Source: Podarcis bocagei
Lineage: Eukaryota
Strand: one strand, 5' to 3'
DNA: 64,000 nt
Assembly (NCBI GenBank): GCA_964188305.1
Contig: OZ076892.1
In this document: positions 45,203 through 56,500 of the stretch, one piece after another
Position numbering within the stretch: position 1 is the first letter of the stretch
How the letters are laid out: each line of letters opens with the position of its first letter
Notes under the pieces: model-generated
Seen by the model: only the letters and a program-made list of their open reading frames with translations
Told to the model about the DNA's origin: nothing
Database searches by the model: none
Made by a program: the position numbers and the translations under genes

Positions 45203-47757
45203 CTGTAACCTGCCCACAAATTGAGTGAGATGAGGACATACCAAGCTTGTTTATTCCATACCATCATTTTAAAGCCTACCAAAAAAAGTGACTACACAGT
45301 ACAGTATTCAAGGTTAGAATTCAATAAAGGCAAAGATCAGGGCCACAAACCTGTGCAAGGGCCACGTGTACATAAATCCACCAAAAAGCAAAGAACTTAA
45401 AGGTGCCTAATTCTATGTTGGGCGGTGACCAAAATATTTAAATTGCTATGCACATAGCATAGGTTGCTTAACTCCAGTAACACCTAGAGTGTCACAGATT
45501 TCCTATCCCTAGTATATATGATCTCTGAGCACAAGATGTTGAAAAGGTTGGTGCAGAAAATAGCAGGATTCCCTCATTCAAGGCACCCTGGCTCATGTGG
45601 AAAAAGCCATGAGAAATACAATCCCTAACTGTTAAGAAATCATAATCCCTTCCTCCCCCAAATGCATGCCATGGCCTTATTTATATGAAGGAGTGTAAAA
45701 GAAATGTGTCAGATAGTAAACCTGGTCATCTGTGCATTTAAAAATTAGAATCAGACACTGGCATCTTAGTACCTTGCATACATTTTCACCTCTATACAAG
45801 GTACTCACCTTGAAATTAACACTGGTACTGTAATCTAATTACCCCCCCCCCCCATTTTACACAATACATTACTTAGGCTTTCCTTTTTTAAAAAAGGAAA
45901 GCATACCTGCATGTAGGGCCCATTCATTCCTAGTTGAGGAACAGATGTGAAAGTCTGTCAAATATAAGGACTGAGGAGAGGGGAAAACATTTTACAGAAC
46001 CTCATGCTAAACCATGCTAAATCTGAATAAGATAGGTAGTTTTCAAGAACAATGACAATTTTGCTTGAATTTAAGAGAACTCACCACTTAGCACACACTT
46101 ACAGCATCATGGAAATCAGCTTCCTTATTGGAACACAGCCAGCGTAACACCATTTATTTTTAAGGGATCCAGTAAACTACAGATTAATTAGGCTAACTGC
46201 TGTCCCTGCTACTGATAGAAAACCTTATTAAGGGCTAGAATTGTTAAACATATAGAGAGGAAGAATCAGCTGAGGAATTAGTATGCTGAGGAAGATTCAG
46301 CACAGCTTTTTCAAGGATAGTTCTAGCCATTTTTTGAAAATTCCTTGAGCATTAAACATGAGACCTGCCAGACATATAACTTTGTCAAAAGATTTCAGAA
46401 AATTCAAGAATACATCTCAAAAGCTTTTGACAAAACTTTTTATCAAGGGCTGCTAAGAAAAAAAACCTTAGCATTCTGGTTAAAAAACAGGAAACAGACA
46501 TTAGAAATAAATTGTCAGTTTTCACAGTGGTGGGAAGCAAACTAAACTCCCTCAGTTCTGAATTGAGAATGGCGTTATTTCACCTTTCATAAATTATATG
46601 GAGCTGTGGGAAACAATGAGGTAGCAGTAGAAGATAAAGCAATTTTCAGACAGGATAGAAGAATCCCAAGGAAAGAGACTGAAAATAAAACAGCCATTAC
46701 ATATATAGAAAACTGTGGTGCACCTACTATTAGAATACTAGGTTACCAGTTGCTCTGTCTCAAAAGGGATATTCTCAGGAGGATAAAGCTACTGGCCAAT
46801 AACCCTGGAACAGTTGGAATATCCATGTTCAGAGGTAGCATACTACAGAATATCAGCTGCTGTGGACAAACAACAGGGGATGGCTCTCATCATACCCTGC
46901 TCATGATTTTCATTTAGAGACATCTGGCTAGCCATAGCTGGAAAAGAAAGCCGGACTAAAGAGACTTTCTGCAAGGCAATTCTATGCTCTTATGACCAGC
47001 ACTTCTTTAGAAGAATGGATTGGGGGAAATGAACATTCCTTGTCCATATCTGAGTGATGGGGCAAGAGAAACAAGCTATTCAAATGGCAAATGGAATTTC
47101 ATTTGTGTTCTCTGCTCATTCTCTAGTAACAAAGAGAAGTCATGCAATATTAATAATAATGCTTGTTCAGTAATAACAGCACTCTCAGAGCTAAGTACAT
47201 TGCTAACAAAATCAGTCCCAACATGCTCCCAAAATACATGACATGAGTGAGTCCAAAAGCAACAGTAGCATAAAACTTTTATTAGGACCAACTAAAACAC
47301 TACAAAAGAGTGAGTTTCAAACAATTTGAAAGGTTGCTCACTACTTGGTAGTGTTTGAGGTGGCCCTAATAAAGGTGTTATGACACTGCTTCTGGATTTT
47401 TTTCTAGAAGACCTAACAACTACTTGTAATTGTTGTTTACTGGTTCAAAGAAGTCTCTCCCTAGTACCTCCTGAACAGGATGTCATAAGTAGATGGTTGC
47501 TTGGAAAGAAAAGTCAACTCTTTAAGCACTATTTCACACAAATATGTTGTTCTTTCCCTGATATCAATTCCTATGCTATAGTAAAAAAGATACTTCATTT
47601 CTTATAGGACACATAGCCCAACAAGCTGGAAATGGTTTATCAAACCTCCATGCTACAATGTGGAGCATTTTACATGCCTGAGATGTATGGGGAAAGGGAC
47701 TATACGTATTAAGAATAAATCCTCTTCCCTTCAAACCTTTCCCACACATTCTATTTA

Positions 47758-48066
47758 CAGTGGTGCCCCGCAAGACGAATGCCTTGCAAGACGGAAAACT
47801 CGCTAGATGAAAGAGTTTTCCGTTTTGGAGGTGCTTTGCAAAACGAATTTCCTATGGGCTTGCTTCGCAAGTCTTGCGAGTTCCTGCTGGTTTTTTTCCC
47901 TTTCCCCCCTTTTTCTAAGCTGCTAAGCCGCTTATCAGCTGATCCGATCAGCAGATAAGCCTCTAAAAGCCGCTATTCCGTCAATGGGCTTGCTTTGCAA
48001 GACGAAAAAAACGCTAGTCGAAGAGAATCACAGAACGGATTCTTTTCGTAATGCGAGGCACCACTG
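47758..48066. mobile_element. Tc1/mariner-type non-autonomous element, CAGTGGTGCCCCGCAAGACG family
   Basis: Same termini as 4914-5329; TA TSD. Confidence 0.8.
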
Positions 48067-49446
48067 TATTGCTGTGGTGCTTTCAACCTTTGCAAATGGA
48101 CCTGAGTACTTAACACATGAAATAAACTGATAGGATTTGCTACTGCCAGAAGTAGTGATTGATAGCCAACTGAGATGGTTTTTAAAAAGGATCAGACAAA
48201 CGCACAGACGGATAAGATTAACAGAAACTTTTAGCCACAAAAGTTCAGCAAAGCCTCCATGTTTAAAGAGAGTATAGCTGAGCATCAGATAATTGGAAAG
48301 GCAAAAGGATAAGGCTCTTGCTTTCATGTTCTATCTTGAAGCATTTAGTTGGCTGAAGACAGCATGATTAGTGGGCTCCTGGTCAGATCTAGGAATGTGA
48401 CTTGTGTGTACTGTAATGAAGAACACTGTGCTGTGCATCTTCAGCCAAAACCACAACTCATCAGCTTGATTCCATTATAACTTGCTCAGGAAACTCTGGC
48501 CTTGCTGAATCAATTAACTTACAAATCACTCCGATGTGTTTTTCACAAATTGAGTTTTTGTGTAAGTCAAATTATAACTTCTGGCATGCTGACTGCAATC
48601 TTAGGCAATCTTGGAATGCCAAGGAAACATGGTTAGATCAGTCTGTAGGTTAACTAAGGTTTAAGACATTCAAACTTGTGGTCAACTTACAACTAACGAA
48701 GTTATTATTCCTTCCTAACGAATGTATGTCTCTCTCCCGCTTTAAATATTAAAGAACCCAGCCCATGAGAGACACCCATTTTCTATTGATGTGTGATGGC
48801 AAAAGTTCCAATGTAATCTACAGTTATTACACAATACAACATTGTAGTAAAGGCTATTTTGTTTCAACAAGCCTTTGAGTTCAGGTGAATCATATTATTT
48901 TAGTTATCAAAGTTATGTTTTTATGCTGCTTAGTTTATTATTATTTCATACTGTTTTATTATGATACTTGCAATTCACTTTGGACATTATTATGCAATGG
49001 AAAAAGGACAATATATGCTTTTAATAATGAATGTGTTGTCCACCTTTGTTCTCGGAATAAGGTAGAAGATAGAAACTGAGTGAATATCATCTATTATTTG
49101 CAAGGGTACCTACAATATATGCAAAGGTTGTAAGCAGTTAAAGGTACTCAGGTCACTGCTCACAATTAAAATACAGTTTGCATGAGATACTGCAGCATGC
49201 AATTAACTTCTCTCCTATGATTTGGCACAGCTTTGGTTCTTATCCTTATTCTTATTAGCGTCCCACCCAGATTCCTCTCCCCCCCCCCATTCATCTGCAC
49301 ACACACATTCTACCCACGACTGCTTGCATCTTCCTGCCCACACTCATTCCCCCTCCTCATCCCCTGTCCTCTTAGGATGAGCCCATGCCAAGGAAGAGAA
49401 GGGTGGGCAGCTCCTGTACATCAAAGGAAAATGTAAATGTAAACTG

Positions 49447-49559
49447 GGAAGAGATGAGAAAAAATATGCACCTGCCAGGACACCTTTAAAAACACACACA
49501 CACAACTCTCAGAATGACAAGGAGTCCTGGCAGGTGCATATTTTTCTCTCATCTCTTCC
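49447..49559. repeat. ~40-bp inverted repeat with a ~32-nt spacer
   Basis: Arms 49447-49486 and 49519-49559 are reverse complements apart from one mismatch and one indel. Confidence 0.9.
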
Positions 49560-49689
49560 ATTGCATCTGGGCCATGTTAGCACCTCCTCGTGCTCCTAAC
49601 CCTCCATCACTGACCTCTTCCCATCTGCAACCCCTGGACACCCCCCCAAAAAAATCCAGTACCTCAAAGCCTCTTCCACTTTCTCAGCT

Positions 49690-50240
49690 CCCCTTCCCTC
49701 CTCGCGTCACCTCCTGGCCACACGTTCCCTCCAGCCCGCCCCACCCTCTGCCTTCCTCCAGCCCACGCCCCCTCCGCTCCCTCCCCCAACCCTTTACCTC
49801 ACAGACCTGGGCCCCTTCGCGTGCCCCCCCCCCCACTTCTACCAACAGCTCGCCGCTCACGCAGACACCGGCCCACCCTCCTCCTCTCCCCATACAGAAG
49901 CCCCCTTGGCGAAGAGACCCTCCCCTCGAGGACGGCCCCGGTTCTAATTGCTCCTCTCCCCCCTCCCGCTCACCTCCTTCCTCTTGTCTCTTTCTACCCG
50001 GCTTCCAACTGAAGAGGATTCAGTCAGTTCTCGAGCTCACCAGACGGCTCCGGAACTTCCGCCGCCGTCGCCGCCGCCAGCGCGCGCGAGGTGGGCGAGT
50101 CCGCCCAAGCCTCGGCCCCGCCGGAAGTGTCGCGCGCCGCTCTATCCCGCTGGAAAGAACTGAGTCCGGAAGAGGAGCCTCGAGGGGCGCGGCCATCTTG
50201 GTTGGCTGAAGTAACAACCCGCGGGGTTCTTCGTGCCGGT
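49690..50240 (-). promoter_or_regulatory. LYPLA2: LYPLA2 CpG-island promoter and non-coding exon 1
   Basis: CpG-dense. ETS CCGGAAG(T) sites near 50050, 50121 and 50166; YY1-type CAAGATGGCCGC (- strand, 50200-50189); donor candidates gag|gtgagc (49974/49973) and ctg|gtgagc (50041/50040). Confidence 0.8.
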
Positions 50241-50295
50241 GTCATAAATTACTGTAAATGGCTCAGAATTTTCATATGGCTTTTTGCTGTTATTA

Positions 50296-50521
50296 CAGTG
50301 GTACCTCGGGTTACATACGCTTCAGGTTACAGACTCTGCTAACCCAGAAATAGTACCTCGGGTTAAGAACTTTGCTTCAGGATGAGAACAGAAATCGTGC
50401 TCCAGCGGCGCAGCAGCAGCAGGAGGCCCCATTAACTAAAGTGGTGCTTCAGGTTAAGAACAGTTTCAGGTTAAGAACGGACCTCCGGAACGAATTAAGT
50501 ACTTAACCCGAGGTACCACTG
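50296..50521. mobile_element. Tc1/mariner-type MITE, CAGTGGTACCTC family, CpG-intact (young) copy
   Basis: Perfect 18-bp TIRs, TA TSD; ~100 bp upstream of the LYPLA2 core promoter. Confidence 0.88.
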
Positions 50522-51199
50522 TATTTGAAATAGAAGCTCTTTTTTTTGGTGGGTCTTGGTAATGGGGATTATAGCATTTGATGCCATGGCCAATTCATAA
50601 TTATTATGGTGAACAGCAGCGTTGGCGTTGCTAATTATTTTTGCGCTCTTGGTATCAGCCGTTAGTCATAATAACGTCACACATACTGTACTTAATGGTA
50701 GCACGTGCCTGCTAACTGTATCGAGTTAGCAGGATAAATTTTGCCTGACTTGATTTTGAAAGTCTGACCAGGTGACCATACTGAGCATACCAGGTTAGAG
50801 GGCAATCCTTTCCTGTGAATTTAACATCCCACACCTATTTGCAATGGGTATGCCCGTGAAAGATAGATTAGGATCTGCTGGTACAACCGTAGATCGGCAA
50901 TGACTTCTTCTTTTAATTGGGTTTTATAAACAAGAATGTTATACAAACAAGTATACCGAGTTTTCTCATGTCATTTGTATATCACAAAAATAGCATAATA
51001 AATGTGGAAAAATACATACGTGTTTCATTATTAGTGGTCAATTTATAAGTTCTTGGTTCATGAATTGGTTTAAACATTTAGGAAGAAGAGGAGAGGGGAT
51101 GGGGAATCGGCAAGGACTTCTGACACAATTGTTCAACAGTAACAAGATTACTTATTTTTATCTATGTGCTGAGATGAAAAAGGCTAATTGGTAGTGGGT

Positions 51200-51785
51200 A
51201 GTTTGTCCACCTTTGGTCCCCACCCTGCACTTAGCTCTCATAGCTGCTAGAAGCTGTCAGCATGCAACAGTGGCCGCACCCTGGGAACTGCTTCCACTGG
51301 CTGGCTAAACCAGGTGAGGGTAGCCCATGGGTCTCAAACCCTTGTTGAGTTAAGGACTTCCTCTGCATGTGAAGACAGGCTACAGTGGATTGAGCGGATG
51401 AAGTCAAAAGTGGGTCCAACGGACAATAGGACAGTTTCTACATGCGCAGGAAAGTGAGGGGTAGATGGGGTTCATTAACCTGGGAAGGTAGCCCATCTAG
51501 AAGGAAAACACTGATCCTAAGCCTCCGTTACCTTGCAGTATATCTTCGGGAGAAGAAAAGGCTAAGGAGTAAACCCTACACAAATCCAGAGTGGAGTCCC
51601 TAAGGTGGCAGGATAGTGCCTTGTACATTTCCTTCCCTTCCAGCATCTCCTGCAGCCAAGCTGGTGCCAAACGTACTGCTGCTTTCCGTTGGACCACATC
51701 AGTGAGACCAAAAGCAAGTTCTTGTTGTCTTGGCATCCCGGGACCTTCATACACACTGTGCAGGCTTGCGTCCCATGGTCTGACT
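51200..51785 (+). mobile_element. RTE-type LINE 5'UTR-like fragment
   Basis: Resembles the squamate RTE 5' region (ggtgagggtagccc; gggaaggtagcccatcta; ggagtaaaccctacacaaatcc); no intact ORF follows. Confidence 0.4.
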
Positions 51786-52733
51786 TTACTCTCAGAGGCA
51801 CATTCCATTGTCTTGAGATGGATGCCAACAAATGGACTTGCTCACAACCACCACTACCAATGAAACAAATACTCCTCTTCCCTCCCTTCATCAAATGTTA
51901 AGGTGTAATAGGAAAAGGGCTGACATCTTTAGCCTATAAAGTGGACACTGAATGCACACATATTTTGAAAATGTACAGGAAGCTGGATTGGCTGTTGTTT
52001 ATACCCAGCGGCAACAAAGGGTTTATTACTTTGGCACATGTAAAGTGACATTTGCCAGGAAACATGCACAGGATTGTGCTCTAGTCCTGCTGTTCAATGG
52101 AGAATAATATGTTATAAGGGTTTAAGGCTGAGCCTTAGTTAAGAACTGGCTACTAGCATGTTGGACTAGGACTAAGGAGATCAGGGTTCAAATTCCCAAT
52201 CATCCATGAAGATCACTGATCTTGAACTACACATTTTCTCTTGGCCTAGCCTACTGGAGAGAGGGAAAACCACATACACCACCTCCAGCTCCTTGAAAGA
52301 AAGGTGGAATATAAATGTTGTGATGATAGGGAGGTTTTTAAGCAGAGGTTGGATGGCCATCTGTCATGGATGCTTTAGCTGAGATTCCTGCATTGCAGGG
52401 GGGAAAGATTTTTTAAAAATCTACTGTTGTCAACAAAACTCTAATGCTGACAGCGCTCCATAAATCTCACCCTTCTGTACTATTTTATTTCCTCATTGCC
52501 CTGCTTGTGAACTTCCAAGAGGCATCTGGTTGGCCACTGTGAGAACCAAAAACTGGACTAGCTAGGCCTTTAATCTGATCCAGTAGGGCTCTTCTTGTGC
52601 TCTTTGTACTCCTCCACATTTATTTTGTACCAGTCAATTGTGTCAGGCACTAAGGGCAGATTTCCTGCTTGGAGAGTAAAAAAAAAAAAAAAAAAAAAGA
52701 TATAAGCAAGGGACATACACGTTCTTTGCCATG

Positions 52734-52739
52734 TTTATT
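52734..52739 (-). terminator. PITHD1 polyadenylation signal
   Basis: Minus-strand AATAAA ~665 nt after the stop, followed by a T21 tract (A21 on + at 52678-52698) as a U-rich downstream element. Confidence 0.7.
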
Positions 52740-53403
52740 AGAAAAAATTAAGCCACATTGGTTAGAAAGTTAAGCCCAGGAGAGAGACACCCCTCTTCAG
52801 GTTTTAGATGCACAGTTGAAACTGTTGCATTTTGGCAAGCAGCTTACTGGATGATATTCATGGAGAAGCATGCAGTACTTTGGTGCACTCTCTGGAGCAC
52901 AACCAAATGAATACTGCCATGTACAAGTCACATTAACTTTTGAAATTAGCCAAGAGCTCATCTAGAACACCAATAACTTATCCCCCTGTATAAAGTACAT
53001 TCAAGAGGCAGAACAGAATCTCAGATGATACAACACTCCCAGACCAAGTCTTCCACCAGCCTCATACCTTTATGTATTGCCAGCAGAAGCAGCAACTGAA
53101 CAGAAAGATCACTGACTGAAAAAAACAACTTCTGCCCTGACAGATACAACATAGTTGAGACAACCATGTTACAGGCAGGCAAAGGCCAATATTTCCAAAA
53201 CCTACTCCTTCAATATTTGTAAGATCTCAAGCCATGATTGTCCTTAGCAATGGTATAATTGGTACCTAATTGCCAGCATTTAGTGCCCTGCTTTACCAAA
53301 GCAGCCACACCCACAAAAGAATGAACACTACAATGCTCCTTATAGCCTCAAGTGTTTGACAGTCTTCCAAGCCTCCACAGCAGTCTGGTGGTGCACAAAC
53401 CAC

Positions 53404-53505
53404 TTAGGAAATGAAATGCGTCTCCGGTGTGAACTGATCAATTTTGTGGTCAGCTGGGTTCGCTGCTGCTTCGTAGTTGCAGATGGTCACTTCATGTCGA
53501 TGAGG
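53404..53505 (-). CDS. PITHD1: PITHD1 last coding exon (PHRHEVTICNYEAAANPADH...FIS*)
   Basis: gtacag acceptor; TAA at 53406-53404. Confidence 0.96.
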   Translation of the reverse strand, partial: PHRHEVTICNYEAAANPADHKIDQFTPETHFIS

Positions 53506-56500
53506 CTGTACAGGAAAGACAAAAGACTTGCTAAGATGCAACACAGTAAAGTTGAGAATTGGCGAAAGCCAGAGCAGTCCTTTGATACAATTTCCATTTA
53601 GCAGGACCTTCTCTTCCACCATATGTTTTCCCTAGAATACTCACTACGCAAAGATTCCTTGAGTAACCTGTGCATGCTTTGATGAGTTTTAAGATGATGC
53701 TAACCTACCCCTTTGGGGATGCAGTGATGACTCTTTTCATGTCTTGTCCCCTCAAAGTCTAGCATGCCTTATCATTCAGGTATGCTGTGTGCAGTGAAAA
53801 ATGGCAGGATTGTCAAGATAAGTCAGTGGCTGCTTTAACCTGGCAGAGCTCTGCACTAGGGAAAACCAGCAAAATAGCTACAACTGCTTTGTTTACAATC
53901 ATACCCTAATTTGGAGCAACAGGTGGGATTGAAGACAAGCTGCCCATCTAAGGAATCTCTGCTTTAGATCCTACGACAGATCTTCCACATAACTGAAACA
54001 CATCCTGCACAGAGAGCCTGGGGCCAGATTTGTAGCAATCAAGTGGCAGGTATATAAAAGTGGCATCTCTGCAAACAGCCACTCATTGAGTCATCTGTGA
54101 GACATAAGATGCATCAAGATGTGACAAGGCAGGAAAGCTGCTTCTTTTTTTTAACAGAAGGGTGGCTCCCTTATACAACGTGCTAAAAGTGACAAGTAAC
54201 CTTCAGGAAGTCAAGCAAGCTCAACGGGATAGCAGCTTTTGTGGACTCATCTGCATGGCTTGGGTATACGTCATACTCCTCATCATTACCACAGCAAATA
54301 GCACTAAGAACCATAAGTGGTGGGCACCTACTAGAAGGCAATAGTTGCATTTAAACCTTGTTAATGTTTTACTATGGATGTACCTTAAGCACAGACTTTC
54401 ATATGCTCTTTTCCACTAGCCACTAACAACAGCAGACAACAGCTAGGAGTCGTTCAAATATACAACATCCAAGGTTGTCACATTGATTTTGCACCCACCC
54501 TGGAGCCTCTGCCCAGACAGAATTACATACAGAATTGTATGTAATTTGACTTGTCTCCTGCTATTATAAACTCTCCAGTGATGAAGGACGGTATAGAAAT
54601 TTTATAAATAAGTAACAGTATCCTTGGTGGCCTTCCTGCTGGCACAAGATCTATCTTTGTTTGCTTCCCTTCCCTTCCCTGCCCCCCACCCCACATCTCT
54701 TTTTCCTTTTTTATTGTGTACTGATCTAGAAGCACGTGGGCTAGGGCTGTCTTGTTTTTCTATCTCTATTGATAATTTATACAAATTTAAGAAGCTCTGC
54801 ATGGCCCTCTTTCCTCATAACTGCACACTTTTTCCATTTGTCATCTTGGCCCCTTACTTCTGTCCATTCTCCCCTCAGGCCTATGTAAAAGATCTTCGTT
54901 GTCTCAGCACCAAAGTTCTTGGAGATGTGGATGGACAGATGATAAACATTTGAGAAGCGAGCAATTCTGAAACAAAAAAGAAATTTGGTGTTCTGAATAT
55001 ACAATTCTCATTACACACACGCAAGAGATTGCATTCTGGTCTCTGGAGTAATAATCACATAGGGATAGAAAAACAGTTTTTGGGGGTCACTGTCTCTACC
55101 AACTCCAGACTGAGACACAAGCTCAGGGACTGGCAAAGCCTGAAGGGAGAAAGGGATCACCTTAACTTCCTGGATTGCAGCAGCAGTTAGAGCATTTTTG
55201 GCTGTTTCAGCCAACCAATCAGGGCACACTTGTCACTGGTGCTATCTTTCTTTTCTGGGAGAGACCTACCAATGCCTGATCCCTTACTGAAATACTCCTC
55301 TATCAGATTCTGCCCCTTAAAGCCACTCAATTCACTTCTTGATCGTTGGGATTTTTCAGTGACTACACTACCGATCACATTTAGAGACCGTTGTGCCTAT
55401 TTATGCGTCATAGTACCCCCCGCCCCATTTAGAGGGCTTCCAACTCTCTGAAATTCCAGTTTTGTCTGTTCAGCAACACAACCAACCTACTATATTCTTC
55501 TTCCTGCCTTTCCTCTTTTGGGGCACATGGGGGTTTATGTCACCTTGTGAAGTTAATTCAGAAATTGAATTACTTCAAAACCAGGGCTGCAGCTTTCCAC
55601 ACCCTTAAATTTCCTGTGGTTTTTTGTTCCAGAAAATGATACATATCACCTTTGTTCTGTTGTAATGACAAAACATCACATCAATAATAACTAATTATAA
55701 TATCACAAAAGGAAATGGGAACAAATGATGACAGTTAATGGGTGTCACACAAACAGGAGGCCAAAGCCCCATGATGGATAGCTTTTGCTACATTTCAAGT
55801 CTTCTCCAGTCACAAAAGACTCTCTAATCCTCAATTGCAGAAGAAAGCTCAAGAAGAAGCTAGGTAAGGAAAAAGCTTCTCTACAGTCTAGGTATCAAGT
55901 TAACTTCCCTTCTTTGACTTCTTTATTAATTTGCATGTATCCAGCTGTGGTGCTTAGTTCCCACCCAACACATACGCTTCAGGAGCAGCAATTAAGCACC
56001 ATACCACATTTTTGACAGCAATGGCAAAAATGCTGTTTGTGAGCTATACCAGAAAATAAAATATAATTAAGAATCAGTCTGGAAATAAAACAGTTGCCCT
56101 TCTCTTTATGTTCCGTTTCTTACACCAAGCATGTCTGCACAGTAGAAATATTAACCAATTTAACTGCCATGGCTCCTTATGCTCAAGAACACGACAGATT
56201 ATAGTTCAAAAGAGAAGGTCCTGACATTTGGTACATGGAGAACTATAAGAGAGATGGTGTTGAGGCACAGGTTGAATATTTGTTTCCAGTTTCAAAACAA
56301 GGGAGTTCTGCACATCCCCTGTGAGAGCTGAGCAATGACTCACTTTGTAGGATATTCCAGTTCTCCAGTAACGTCACGATTCAGGCTGAACATCTGATCT
56401 GGTTCTCTGGCAGTATCACCAAAAGACATGTGAGGAATGTTCTTAAAGCTGAAATAAATACAAGACAACAGCAAAGGTCATCCTGCACAAATTCAAAGTT

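Noticed and set aside
49514-50209. 231-aa Pro-rich ORF
   Set aside because: Antisense reading of the C-rich LYPLA2 CpG island.
52678-52698. A21 run as a retrocopy tail
   Set aside because: No upstream retroelement body or TSD; it fits as the U-rich downstream element of the PITHD1 polyA site.
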